A stretch of DNA of 64,000 nt from an uncultured Chloroflexia bacterium. GTDB lineage: Bacteria; Chloroflexota; Limnocylindria; Limnocylindrales; CSP1-4. The notes under the pieces were generated by a model. It was not told the origin of the DNA and made no database searches. It worked only from the letters and a program-made list of their open reading frames with translations. The position numbers and the translations under genes are program-made. Numbering within the stretch: position 1 is the stretch's first letter; each line of letters opens with the position of its first letter. Positions 30,642 through 40,635 of this stretch are shown here, piece by piece. The stretch covers positions 1,504,001 through 1,568,000 of the forward strand of contig CAWFXA010000002.1 in the NCBI GenBank assembly GCA_963819655.1, given 5' to 3'.

Positions 30642-31427
30642 ATGCCTGAGGGCGACACGCTCTTCCGGACCGCGGCCGGTCTCCGGCCGTACCTGGTCGG
30701 TCGTGACGTGCTCGCGGCCCGCGCCCAGGGACCCGGTGCGGTCCCGCAGATCCACCGCGTCATCGGCAAGCGCGTCGATGCCGTCGAAGCACACGGCAAG
30801 AACCTCCTGATCCGGTTCGACGGCGGCCTGGAGCTCCGGACGCACCTCCGCATGAACGGGTCGTGGCACCGCTACCGACCGGGTGAACGCTGGCGTCGGC
30901 CGCCGGGTCGCGCCCGGCTCGTGCTCGAGGTCGACGGCGCCGTGGCCGTCTGTTTCGATGCGCCGGTGGTCGAACTGTTCGAGACCCGCGCCGAGCGCGT
31001 CCACGCGTCCCTGTCGCGGTTGGGTCCGGACCTCCTGTCGCCCGACTTCGATGCCGCCGAGGCTCATCGACGACTGCGTTCGCCCGAACGACGATCGATG
31101 GCGATCGGTGGCGCACTGCTCGACCAGCGAGCGCTCGCGGGTCTCGGCAACATCTGGCGCAACGAGACGCTCTTCGCGGAGCGCGTCGACCCGTTCGCGC
31201 CCGTCGAGGACGTCGAAGATGCCGCCCTCGATCGGCTGATCACGACCGGCCGGCGACTGCTGATGGAAAGCGCGCAGGTCGCACCGGGTCGGGGCGCCAC
31301 CCGCGTCTACCGCCGGACCGGGCGTCCGTGCCCGCGCTGCGGGACCCTGATCCGCTCGGCACCGCTGACTGGGGACGTGCCGCGGACGACGTACTGGTGC
31401 CCCACCTGCCAGGGAGGGACTGCATGA
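30642..31427 (+). CDS. nei: Fpg/Nei-family DNA glycosylase/AP lyase
   Basis: N-terminal MPEGD, GKNL, HLRMNGSW, H2TH LLDQRALAGLGNIW, zinc finger CPRC...CPTCQ. Confidence 0.95.
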   Translation: MPEGDTLFRTAAGLRPYLVGRDVLAARAQGPGAVPQIHRVIGKRVDAVEAHGKNLLIRFDGGLELRTHLRMNGSWHRYRPGERWRRPPGRARLVLEVDGAVAVCFDAPVVELFETRAERVHASLSRLGPDLLSPDFDAAEAHRRLRSPERRSMAIGGALLDQRALAGLGNIWRNETLFAERVDPFAPVEDVEDAALDRLITTGRRLLMESAQVAPGRGATRVYRRTGRPCPRCGTLIRSAPLTGDVPRTTYWCPTCQGGTA

Positions 31428-31717
31428 GCGACATCGATGCCCGCTGCCAGCCGGCGCCCGACGGCTGGCGCTGTGCCGTGACCATTCGCGACGACCGCGG
31501 ATCAAGCAGTCACGACGTCACGGTCAGTTCGGCCGATGCCGACGCGCTCGCGGCAGCGAGCGCCGCCGAGGACGTCGAGCGCCTCGTCTACGAGACGTTC
31601 GACTTCCTGCTCGAGCGCGAGCCGAGGGAGTCGATCCTGCGCTCGTTCGACTTGTCGGTCGTCGGGCAGTACTTCCCCGAGTTCGAGCACGAGATCCGGA
31701 GCCGGCTGGCGCCGTAG
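31424..31717 (+). CDS. small hypothetical protein coupled to nei
   Basis: ATGA overlap with nei and GGAGGG RBS; FDFLLEREPRESILRSFDLSVVGQYFPEFE. Confidence 0.75.
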   Translation: MSDIDARCQPAPDGWRCAVTIRDDRGSSSHDVTVSSADADALAAASAAEDVERLVYETFDFLLEREPRESILRSFDLSVVGQYFPEFEHEIRSRLAP

Positions 31718-31739
31718 GCGGCGCGTATCATCGGCGCCC

Positions 31740-32456
31740 ATGTGCGAGCACTACATCGCGCGGGCCGCCGAGCCGTTCCGGCTCGACGAGCTGTGGCCGT
31801 TCACCGAGCGCCTCGAGCGTTTCGGGCTGGCCGGGTTCGGCTGGGGTGCGGCATGGCTCGGGGCCGACGGCCGGCTGGCCATTCATCGCGATGTCCGATC
31901 CTTCTGCGACGATCCCGCCGGAGCTGCGCGGGTCGGTGCGCACGAGACGACCGCGGCGCTGGTCCATCTTCGGCGGCCCTCGCGCCTCTCGACTCTTCAG
32001 CTGCAGGACACCCAGCCCTTCGACGATCCGGCCGGCCGATTCGCGTTCAGCCACAACGGCGACTTTCGAGACTGGCGCCCCGCGCGCGCCCGATACCGCG
32101 ACGCCGGGCGGATCCACGGCCGGGCCGACACCGAGGTCGGCGCCCGCTGGCTCGAGGACGCATGGGCCGGCGACCGGCCCACACACCTGCTGCCGGCCCT
32201 CCACGAGCTGTTCGGCGGCCAGGCGAACCTCGCGGTCCTCGCGGCCGACGGGTCGCCGACTCACTACGCCGGCAACACCGACAACCCGGTCTTCGCGTTC
32301 CGGCTTGGCCGGATCGGCCTCGTGTCGACCGGCATCTATTCGCTCGACCGGTCGTTGTTTCGGCTCGTCGCACCGGGCGCGACGAGCCGGCGGCTGGTCC
32401 GGCTCGGATCCACGGTTTCGCTCGACCGTAACGGACTCGCTACGCACGCGTCTTAG
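31740..32456 (+). CDS. class II glutamine amidotransferase-like (Ntn) protein
   Basis: N-terminal MC, GWG, VHLRR, DTQPF, FSHNG, DTE. Confidence 0.8.
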   Translation: MCEHYIARAAEPFRLDELWPFTERLERFGLAGFGWGAAWLGADGRLAIHRDVRSFCDDPAGAARVGAHETTAALVHLRRPSRLSTLQLQDTQPFDDPAGRFAFSHNGDFRDWRPARARYRDAGRIHGRADTEVGARWLEDAWAGDRPTHLLPALHELFGGQANLAVLAADGSPTHYAGNTDNPVFAFRLGRIGLVSTGIYSLDRSLFRLVAPGATSRRLVRLGSTVSLDRNGLATHAS

Positions 32457-32501
32457 CATTCGACAAACGGGGACCGTCACCTTCAGCCCAAGAGGTGGTC
32501 G

Positions 32502-33827
32502 ATGCACGCTGACCCCGCGATCGCCGACGAGGCGTCCTTCCGACCGACTGCCACGCTCCCCATCGGACACCTTGTCCGGATCTCGCTGTACTGGCTCGGC
32601 CTGACGGCGATCGACGGCGCGGTCGGGCTGTTCATCCAGAACCGCTTGAATTTCGGGCCGTTCGCGCCCGACCCGCTCGAGGTCGGGCGGATCACGTTCC
32701 TGCTGTCGATCCCGGTCGCCGCGATCTCGATCCTCATCCAGCCCACGGTGGGCTCGATCAGCGACTACACCGTGAGTCGCTGGGGCCGGCGGAAGCCGTA
32801 CATCGTGATCGGGTCATTGCTCGATCTCGTGTTCCTGGCGGGCATCGCCTGGTCGAACACGCTTCTAATGCTCGGCGCCTTCACGGCCCTCCTGGCAGTC
32901 AGCACCAACATCGCGCGAGGGCCGTTCCAGGGTTACGTGCCCGACCTCGTGCCGGAGAAGCAGGTCGGCCTGGCGAGCGCCATGGTCGGGCTGATGCAGA
33001 TCCTCGGGAACGTGACCGGCTTCGTGCTGGTGACCGTCGCCGTGCTCCTGGGCCGCATCGAGGTGGCGATCTTCGCCGTCGCGCTCGTCGAGCTGGTGAC
33101 GATGGCGGCGGTGGTCGCGCGGGTCGGCGAAGGCCAGCCGCCAAAGCCTCGCAACGGCAAGTCGTGGGGTGCGATCGTCCGCGAGGTCTGGGGGACCGAC
33201 GTCCTCAAGGAGCGCTCCTACGTGTGGCTGCTCACGTCGCGCTTCTTCTTCCTGATGGGCGGCGCGGTTCTGGTGAACCTCATCCTCACGTACCTCAAGC
33301 AGACGCACGGCCTCGACGAGGACGCGGCCAACTCGACCAACCTCGTGATGCTCGTCACGATCGTGCTGGCCAACGTCCTCGCGATCATCCCGTCGGCGAG
33401 GCTGTCGGATCGGATCGGACGAAAGCCGGTCATCTACGCCAGCTGCGCCATCGGTTTCGTGGGCGTCACGCTGGCCGCACTCGCACCGGCCATCCCGCTC
33501 GCCATCGTCGGAGGCGCGTTGTTCGGGGCGTCGGCCGGCACATTCCTCGCGGTCGACTGGGCGTTGATGACCGACATCATCCCGAAGGCATCGTCGGGTC
33601 GATACATGGGCCTCTCGAACGTCGCCACGACATCATCGACCGTGATCGCGGTGGCGACCGCTGGCCTCCTCCTCGATGTCGTGAACATCGAGTTCGGACT
33701 GGGGTTAGGCCCGCGCGCCGCGTTCCTCCTCGGCGCCATCTACTACGTGATCGCGGCGCTCACGCTTCGGCCGGTCGTGGAGCCGCCGCGCTCCGCGCGT
33801 CGAGCCGCCGGTATGCCCATGGGATGA
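32502..33827 (+). CDS. MFS transporter
   Basis: GSISDYTVSRWGRRKPY and LSDRIGRK motifs; about 12 transmembrane segments. Confidence 0.92.
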   Translation: MHADPAIADEASFRPTATLPIGHLVRISLYWLGLTAIDGAVGLFIQNRLNFGPFAPDPLEVGRITFLLSIPVAAISILIQPTVGSISDYTVSRWGRRKPYIVIGSLLDLVFLAGIAWSNTLLMLGAFTALLAVSTNIARGPFQGYVPDLVPEKQVGLASAMVGLMQILGNVTGFVLVTVAVLLGRIEVAIFAVALVELVTMAAVVARVGEGQPPKPRNGKSWGAIVREVWGTDVLKERSYVWLLTSRFFFLMGGAVLVNLILTYLKQTHGLDEDAANSTNLVMLVTIVLANVLAIIPSARLSDRIGRKPVIYASCAIGFVGVTLAALAPAIPLAIVGGALFGASAGTFLAVDWALMTDIIPKASSGRYMGLSNVATTSSTVIAVATAGLLLDVVNIEFGLGLGPRAAFLLGAIYYVIAALTLRPVVEPPRSARRAAGMPMG

Positions 33828-34644
33828 ACGCCCACAGATAGACGAGGTAGTCGAGCCGGATCGGCCTCGCCCCGAAACCGAACAGGGCCTGGAACTGGAC
33901 GATCGTGAGCGGCAGCAGGACGACGCTGAGCCCCACCGACACCGCCAGCCACACGAGTCCCCAGCGGCGAGTCGCCGGGGCGAGGATCGGCCACACGATC
34001 AGGGGCACCCACTTCATCCACGTCGCGAGCGCCCACAGCGCGCCGCCGAGCCGCGGACCGGTGAACTGTGCGGCCCACAGCATCAGCGTGAGCTGCAGGT
34101 TGATGTTGCCGGTGTCGAGGTTGGCGCCGACCGGGAACGCGAGCAGCACGATGATCACGGCGGTCGTCAGCGGCCGCCGTCGATAAGCCCAGTCGACCGT
34201 CCACAACAGCAGCAGGATCGTCCCGACGCGCCACACGACCCAGGCGACGTCCCAGGGCAGCAGCGCCCAGGGCGCGAACAGCGGCAGCATCCACGGTGCG
34301 TACACATACGGCAGGAACGGGCCGGTCGGGTGGTACGGATCGCCGCCGTTGAGCCAGATCCGGACGCCCGCCCAGTAGGCTCGCGCATCGGCGCCCGCCG
34401 CGTCGCCGCGGCCGATCATCCCCGCCGCGAGCAGCGAGAAGACGAGGCTGATGAGCAGGATCGCGATGACGCGCCGGTGGTCGCGGAGGCGCGAGAACTC
34501 GCGCCTGATCGCTCGGCGGTAGACACCGGCCCGTCGCCGCGTCGGCTGGCCGACCAGGTCGCGCCAATCGATGACGATGCGGCCACGTCCTCGGGCCGTG
34601 CCCGGGACTGGATGGAGCTCCGGTGGTCGCTCGGCGTCGGCCAT
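33760..34644 (-). CDS. GT87/DUF2029-like membrane glycosyltransferase
   Basis: DARAYW, GGDPY, PYVYAPW, GNIN, K..P; multi-pass hydrophobic. Confidence 0.75.
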   Translation of the reverse strand: MADAERPPELHPVPGTARGRGRIVIDWRDLVGQPTRRRAGVYRRAIRREFSRLRDHRRVIAILLISLVFSLLAAGMIGRGDAAGADARAYWAGVRIWLNGGDPYHPTGPFLPYVYAPWMLPLFAPWALLPWDVAWVVWRVGTILLLLWTVDWAYRRRPLTTAVIIVLLAFPVGANLDTGNINLQLTLMLWAAQFTGPRLGGALWALATWMKWVPLIVWPILAPATRRWGLVWLAVSVGLSVVLLPLTIVQFQALFGFGARPIRLDYLVYLWAFIPWAYRRLDARSAAAPRPAEA

Positions 34645-34750
34645 GGCGCCGGCATTCTCGCACGGGCCGGTGCCCGGTCAGTGCCGCGGCGGCCGGGCCC
34701 TGGTCGGTCGCCGCTCGTGCCGCGGCGACCGACCTGACTCGATCTGACCT

Positions 34751-35374
34751 CTACCCGAGGATGTCGCAGGTATCGAAGCCGAGCCCGTCGTGCGGTCCCG
34801 CGACCTCGAATGACACCCCTTCGATGAAGATGCCGCCAGGCGTGCCATCGCCCAGGGTGTCGAAGATGATCGTCTCTCGGATCACGCCCCGGTCGCGCAC
34901 CACGAGGTTGCCGTCCGCGTCGCGGACGATCAGCGGCTGACCTGCGAGCCGCGAGCTGAACGCGAAGCGGTTGTCGCCAAGCGCGACCGCGCGGGTTTCC
35001 TGGAACAGGCCGTTGCCGCTAATGGTGAGGCTCTCGCCGTCCGGGTTGGTGTGGACCTCACTGAACGAAAAGTTGTCGTGCGCGAAGAAGGCCGTCGCGA
35101 ACCGACCCGTTCCGACCCGGTAATGAACGATCCCGTCGACGTGGCCCTCGACGCTGATCTCGACCGTGCCACATAGATACGTGAAGGAAAAATCCTCCGC
35201 GTAGCGTTCGCGCTCGATCGTGGTTGCGGAAGCCGGTCCGACGGCCGCGAGCAGCGCGATCACGACGACCATGATCGCCATCGCGACCGGGCGTTTGGAG
35301 CGATCGCCGATCGCGGCAGGCCGCGACAACCTCGACAGATCGTTCAACGGACGAGTGGACGACGTAGCGCGCAT
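34751..35374 (-). CDS. secreted hypothetical beta-rich protein
   Basis: GAGGAGG RBS; signal-like IMVVVIALLAAVGPASA; Cys near each end of the mature part. Confidence 0.65.
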   Translation of the reverse strand: MRATSSTRPLNDLSRLSRPAAIGDRSKRPVAMAIMVVVIALLAAVGPASATTIERERYAEDFSFTYLCGTVEISVEGHVDGIVHYRVGTGRFATAFFAHDNFSFSEVHTNPDGESLTISGNGLFQETRAVALGDNRFAFSSRLAGQPLIVRDADGNLVVRDRGVIRETIIFDTLGDGTPGGIFIEGVSFEVAGPHDGLGFDTCDILG

Positions 35375-35510
35375 GGTGTCCCTCCTCGATTGCCCGGCGG
35401 CCCGACGAGGATGGCACACGGGTGTCGCCGGGGCGTTGTGTGAGTTGCGCGGTCCGGAGTCCGGGTATCCTGTCGCGAACATCGACGCCCTGGGAGCCCA
35501 GCCAACGCCC

Positions 35511-36347
35511 GTGAGCGACGGACACGTCATCATCATCGGCGGCGCGGAGGACAAGGTCCGCGACCGCGTCATCCTCAGCCGGTTCGCCACCCTCGCCGGC
35601 GGTCGCGACGCGACCGTCGCAGTGATCTCGACCGCGTCGTCCCTCGGCGAGCTCGCAGGTGAGCGCTACAAGCAGGTGCTCGGCGAGCTCGGCGTCAAGA
35701 AGGTTCGCGCGATCCATGCGGTGACCCGCGCGCAGGCCAACGACGACACGGTCGCCCTGGCGCTGCGGGACGCGACCGGCATCTTCATGACCGGCGGGAA
35801 CCAGTTGCGGCTGTCATCGACGATCGGTGGCACGCGACTGGCGGACGCGGTCCTCGAGCAGTTCCGCAAGGGCGCCGTCGTGGCCGGCACGAGCGCCGGT
35901 GCCTCGGCGATGTCGAGTCACATGATCGCGTTCGGCGCGTCGGGCGCGACGCCGAAGCACCGGATGGCCCAGATCGCAGCCGGCCTCGGCGTGCTGCCGG
36001 GCGTGATCATCGACCAGCATTTCCAGCAGCGGAACCGCCTCGGGCGGCTGCTCAGCCTCATCGCCCAGAACCCGAGCCTGCTCGGTCTCGGCGTCGACGA
36101 GGACACGGCCGGCGTCGTCGGGCCCGATCACATCATGGAGGTCATCGGGCGAGGATCGATCACGGTCGTGGATGGTTCCCGCTCGGAGACCGACGCCTGG
36201 GAGGTCAAGGGTCACCGGCCGCTGATGATCAGCGGTGTCGTGCTCCATTCCCTGCCGGCCGGCTACCGGTTCGACCTCCAACGGCGCGAGCGGATCATCG
36301 CGCCGACACTCCACGCGCTCTCCGGCGGCGAGGCGGCGTCGAGCTAA
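35511..36347 (+). CDS. cphB: cyanophycinase
   Basis: IIIGGAEDK, FMTGGNQLRL, GTSAGA (Ser nucleophile), IDQHFQQRNRLGRL, GVDEDT; start approximate. Confidence 0.95.
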   Translation: MSDGHVIIIGGAEDKVRDRVILSRFATLAGGRDATVAVISTASSLGELAGERYKQVLGELGVKKVRAIHAVTRAQANDDTVALALRDATGIFMTGGNQLRLSSTIGGTRLADAVLEQFRKGAVVAGTSAGASAMSSHMIAFGASGATPKHRMAQIAAGLGVLPGVIIDQHFQQRNRLGRLLSLIAQNPSLLGLGVDEDTAGVVGPDHIMEVIGRGSITVVDGSRSETDAWEVKGHRPLMISGVVLHSLPAGYRFDLQRRERIIAPTLHALSGGEAASS

Positions 36348-36382
36348 GTTCGCCGCGCCGGGCCTGGCAAACGAGGCGTGCT

Positions 36383-36669
36383 TTGCATCCGGTGCACGAA
36401 CCGTCGACTGGACGGCGCCATGCACTCGCTCCGTCGAAGATCCGTGCGTCCAGTGCACCAAGCGTCGGTTGGAGGCCGCGCGTTGGGGCCCAGTCGACCG
36501 TTCGTTCACCGGGCGCAAGAGTGCCTGGGCACCAGCGATCTGCCGCGACTGTGAGGCACGAATTCGAGCCGAAGGAGCCTCTCGCGCCGTCCTGGGCCCG
36601 ATAGCGCGACTCACCAGCACAAGATGGTCGCGAGGGGCGAGGTGGGCGCGGTTTCGGCCCGAAAACGTG
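36383..36669. repeat. REP/BIME-like cluster of direct and inverted repeats
   Basis: CCGGTGCACGAACCGTCGACTGG (36389-411), degenerate direct copy at 36450-472, inverted copy at 36490-512 (2 mismatches in 23); second inverted pair 36557-573 / 36653-669 (14 of 17). Confidence 0.65.
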
Positions 36670-36799
36670 ACTGGGAGTCTCGGAAACGTAGAGTGGATAC
36701 GAGTGGGAGCGTAAGAGTGGGGATTGCGGTCGCCATCCGCCGCGTGCAAACCCACCGCCGTACACTGACGGCCCATCCCGAGAGCGCAGGAGGGCGAGC

Positions 36800-39676
36800 G
36801 TGACCGAGACGGCCGAGCCGACCGCGACGACCAGTCCGAAGCGCCTGCGGTCGAAGCGTCCGGCCGCCACGCCCGAGGCCACGGCGGTCCCGACGATCCC
36901 GCTCCCGACGCTGCGGATCCTCGAGACCCGCGTCCTTCGTGGCCCGAACTACTGGGCCCGCGAGCCGGTCATCCGGATGCTGGTCGATCTCGGCAACCTC
37001 GAGGAGTTCCCCTCCAACCGGATCCCCGGATTCAGCGACGCGCTCATCGCGTTGCTGCCGACGCTCGAGGACCACGCCTGCTCGCTCGGTCGTCGGGGCG
37101 GGTTCATCACGCGGCTCCAGGAAGGCACGTGGGCGGGGCACATCGCCGAACACATCGCGCTCGAGTTCCAGAACCTCGCCGGCACCGACGTGCGCCACGG
37201 CAAGACCCGCTCGGCCGGCGTCCACGGGCAGTACAACTGCATCTACGAGTACAACGAGGAGGCGGTCGGGCTCGAAGCCGGCCGCATGGCCGTCGGGCTG
37301 GTCAACCACCTCGTCGCACCGGACGATCCCGACGTCTTCTTCGATTTCGCGCCGAAGCTCGAGAACCTGATCCGTCTGGCCGAGCGGCAGGCTTTCGGGC
37401 CGTCGACCCAGGCGCTGATCGACGAGGCCGTGAGCCGCGACATCCCGTACATCCGCCTCGACCGTCACTCGCTGGTGCAGTTCGGCCACGGCGTCTACCA
37501 GCAGCGGATCCGGGCCACGATGACCTCCAAGACCTCGGCGATCGGCGTCGATGTCGCGTCGGACAAGAGCCTGACCAACCGCCTCCTCGACAGCGCCGGC
37601 CTGCCCGTCCCACGGGCCGACGTCGTCACGACCGAGGACGACGCTGTCTCGGTCGCGATGCGGCTCGGTTTCCCGTGCGTCATCAAGCCGCTCGATGGCA
37701 ACCACGGCCGCGGCGTCCACCTCGACCTGCGGTCGGAGGAGGCGGTCCGTGCCGCCTTCCACGGAGCGCTCGCCCAGAGTCGATCGGGCGACGTCGTCGT
37801 CGAGACGTACGTCTCCGGCAACGACTACCGCTGCCTCGTCATCGGCGGCAAGGTCGCGGCCATCGCGGAGCGCGTTCCCGCGAGCGTCACCGGCGATGGC
37901 GAGCACACGATGCGCCAGCTTGTCGACATCGCGAACAGCGATCCGCGCCGCGGTATCGGACACGAGAAGGTCCTCACCAGGATCAAGGTCGATGAGGCGG
38001 CCGTGGAGCTCGTCCGCGCCCAGGGCTACGAGCTGGACGCGGTCCCGCCGAAGGGCACCTGGGTCAAGCTCGCGCTGACCGGCAACATGTCGACCGGCGG
38101 GACCTCGATCGACCGGACCTTCGAGGCGCACCCCGACAATGTCGAGATCGCCGAGACCGCGGCCCAGATCGTCGGGCTGGACGTGGCCGGCATCGACTTC
38201 ATCTGCCCGGATATCACGACGCCCGTCCGGGAGACCGGCGGAGCGATCGTCGAGGTCAATGCCGCACCCGGCTTCCGGATGCACACACATCCGACCGAAG
38301 GCGAACCGCAATACGTCGCCCGGCCGGTCATCGATTCGCTGTTCCCGGCCGGCGCCAACGCACGCATCCCGATCATCTCGGTGACCGGGACGAACGGCAA
38401 GACGACGACCGTCCGGATGATCGCGCACATCCTGAAGCTCATGGGTCGGCGGGTCGGGATGACCTCGACGGACGGCATCGTCATCGACGGGCGGCTCATC
38501 AAGAAGGGCGACATGTCGGGCCCCAAATCGGCCCAGATGGTCCTCCAGAACCCGACGGTCGACACGGCCGTCTTCGAGGTGGCCCGCGGCGGCATCCTGC
38601 GCGAGGGCCTCGGCTACGACCGCAACGATGTCGCCGTCGTGACCAACGTGACCGGCGACCACCTCGGCCTCGGTGGCATCGACTCGATCGGGCAGCTGGC
38701 CAACGTCAAGGGCGTCGTCGTCGAGGCCGTGCCGCGCTCGGGGACCGCCGTCCTCAACGCCGACGACTCGCATGTCTACCGGATGGGCCGCCACTGCGCG
38801 GGACGCGTCGTGCTGTTCAGCATGGCGACGGAAAAGGGCGAGGACGGCTTCGACCGGATCGACGGGCACACGTCGCGTGGCAACGCCGCGTTCTGCCTCG
38901 AGCCGACGCAGCAGGGCGAGCTCATCGTGCTGCGACTCGGCAGCCGCAAGATGCCGGTGCTCTACACGCACCTCATCCCGGCCACGTTCGGCGGGCGGGC
39001 GCGGATGAATGTCGCGAACGCGCTGGCGGCCGCTGCCGCGGCCTGGGCATCGGGTGCCCACCTGCACGACATCCGCCAGGGACTCCGCACGTTCTCCACG
39101 TCGTTCTTCCAGGCGCCCGGTCGGCTCAACCTGCTGGACGTCGGGGGCGTCCGGGTCGTCATCGACTACTGCCACAACGTCGACGGGATGCGTCATCTGG
39201 CGGACTTCGTCCAACGGATGATGGTCGAGCCGCAGACCAAGGCCGGGAAGTTCGGGACGGCCAAGTCCTCGGCGCGATCCGGCCGCGCGATCGGCGTCCT
39301 TGGAATCCCGGGCGACCGCCGCGACGAGGACCAAAGGCAGTACGGCGCGATCGCCGCGAGCGCGTTCGACGAGGTGATCGTCCGCGAGGACAAGAACCTG
39401 CGGGGTCGCGCTCCGGGGGAGACCGCCACGAACGTGATCGAAGGCGTCCGAGCCGCGAAGACCGACGGCCGTGCTCGCACGACGCGGTCCGAGAAGGTCC
39501 TCGACGAGATGACCGCCGTGCGGACCGCACTTCGCCGCGCAACCCCAGGCGACCTCGTGGTGTGCTGCGTCGACGATGCGATCGGGGTCTACCGGGAGGC
39601 CATGTCGGCGGCCGGCGCGACGCGTGGCGGCACCGCGTTCGCCGACCCGGGAGAGCTCGAGGCGCCCGAGGGATGA
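36800..39676 (+). CDS. cphA: cyanophycin synthetase CphA1
   Basis: LRGPNYW; N-domain CS...GHIAEH; ATP-grasp KPLDGNHGRGV and EVNAAPG; Mur domain GTNGKTT, EVARGG, PGRLN, DYCHN, PGDRRD. Confidence 0.97.
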   Translation: MTETAEPTATTSPKRLRSKRPAATPEATAVPTIPLPTLRILETRVLRGPNYWAREPVIRMLVDLGNLEEFPSNRIPGFSDALIALLPTLEDHACSLGRRGGFITRLQEGTWAGHIAEHIALEFQNLAGTDVRHGKTRSAGVHGQYNCIYEYNEEAVGLEAGRMAVGLVNHLVAPDDPDVFFDFAPKLENLIRLAERQAFGPSTQALIDEAVSRDIPYIRLDRHSLVQFGHGVYQQRIRATMTSKTSAIGVDVASDKSLTNRLLDSAGLPVPRADVVTTEDDAVSVAMRLGFPCVIKPLDGNHGRGVHLDLRSEEAVRAAFHGALAQSRSGDVVVETYVSGNDYRCLVIGGKVAAIAERVPASVTGDGEHTMRQLVDIANSDPRRGIGHEKVLTRIKVDEAAVELVRAQGYELDAVPPKGTWVKLALTGNMSTGGTSIDRTFEAHPDNVEIAETAAQIVGLDVAGIDFICPDITTPVRETGGAIVEVNAAPGFRMHTHPTEGEPQYVARPVIDSLFPAGANARIPIISVTGTNGKTTTVRMIAHILKLMGRRVGMTSTDGIVIDGRLIKKGDMSGPKSAQMVLQNPTVDTAVFEVARGGILREGLGYDRNDVAVVTNVTGDHLGLGGIDSIGQLANVKGVVVEAVPRSGTAVLNADDSHVYRMGRHCAGRVVLFSMATEKGEDGFDRIDGHTSRGNAAFCLEPTQQGELIVLRLGSRKMPVLYTHLIPATFGGRARMNVANALAAAAAAWASGAHLHDIRQGLRTFSTSFFQAPGRLNLLDVGGVRVVIDYCHNVDGMRHLADFVQRMMVEPQTKAGKFGTAKSSARSGRAIGVLGIPGDRRDEDQRQYGAIAASAFDEVIVREDKNLRGRAPGETATNVIEGVRAAKTDGRARTTRSEKVLDEMTAVRTALRRATPGDLVVCCVDDAIGVYREAMSAAGATRGGTAFADPGELEAPEG

Positions 39677-40635
39677 CCCGGTCCGGGCCGCCGCGCTACG
39701 TCCCGGAGGACTCGCTGCAGAGCCCACGGTTCACCGGGCCGTCGACGTTCGCGCGGCTGCCTTATGTCCGCACCCTGGAGGACGTCGACCTCGCCGTCGT
39801 CGGCGTGCCGTTCGACACGGGCGTCACGTACCGCGCCGGCGGCCGGTTCGGCCCGAACGGGGTCCGCGCCGCCAGCGTGATGCTCCGGCAGTACAACACC
39901 AACCTGGACATCAAGCCGTTCGACATCCTGTCGTGCGTCGACTACGGCGATGTCTCGATCGTGCCGGGCTACATCGAGCGCAGCTACGAGGCCATCGAAC
40001 GGACGGTCGCCCCGATCGTCGAGGCCGGCGTCGTGCCGCTCCTCATCGGTGGCGATCACGCCTGCACGCTGCCGCATCTGCGCGCGACCCGCTCGCGCGG
40101 TCCGGTGGCGGTCATCGATTTCGACTCCCATACCGACGCGTGGGACAGCTACTTCGGGGAGAAGTACAACCACGGGACGTGGATGCGCCGCGCGATCGAG
40201 GAGGGCCTCGTCGACGTCGCGCACTCGATCGAGGTGGGCCTGCGCGGGTCCGTGTACGGAGCGGACGACTGGACAGGGCTGCGCGACGAGCTGGGTCTCG
40301 ACTACCTCACGACCGAGGATGTCCTGACGATCGGATCCGAGGCGACGGCGGCACGGATCAGGGAGCGCGTCGGCGACGCGACGGCCTTCATCAGCTTCGA
40401 TATCGACGTCGTCGATCCGGCGTTCGCGCCGGGCACCGGGACACCGGAACCGGGCGGCCTGTCCTCGCATGACGCGCTCGCGATCGTTCGGCTGCTGACC
40501 GGCATCGAGTTCGTCGGCTTCGACGTCGTCGAGGTGATCCCGGCCTACGACCCGGCCGGCCAGACCGCGTTCCTGGCCGCCAACCTCGCCTACGAGATGC
40601 TGTCGCTAGTGGCCGTGCGGCGCTCGGCCGCGTAG
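39673..40635 (+). CDS. speB: agmatinase-family ureohydrolase
   Basis: GVPFD, RFGP, GGDH, DSHTD, SFDIDVVDP.FAPGTGTPEPGG; ATGA overlap with cphA. Confidence 0.9.
   Translation: MTRSGPPRYVPEDSLQSPRFTGPSTFARLPYVRTLEDVDLAVVGVPFDTGVTYRAGGRFGPNGVRAASVMLRQYNTNLDIKPFDILSCVDYGDVSIVPGYIERSYEAIERTVAPIVEAGVVPLLIGGDHACTLPHLRATRSRGPVAVIDFDSHTDAWDSYFGEKYNHGTWMRRAIEEGLVDVAHSIEVGLRGSVYGADDWTGLRDELGLDYLTTEDVLTIGSEATAARIRERVGDATAFISFDIDVVDPAFAPGTGTPEPGGLSSHDALAIVRLLTGIEFVGFDVVEVIPAYDPAGQTAFLAANLAYEMLSLVAVRRSAA

Noticed and set aside
9724-39727. Very long antisense ORFs (e.g. 9724..12213, 28947..31505, 36611..39727)
   Set aside because: Shadow frames opposite well-supported genes; expected in very GC-rich DNA with few stop codons; no recognisable motifs
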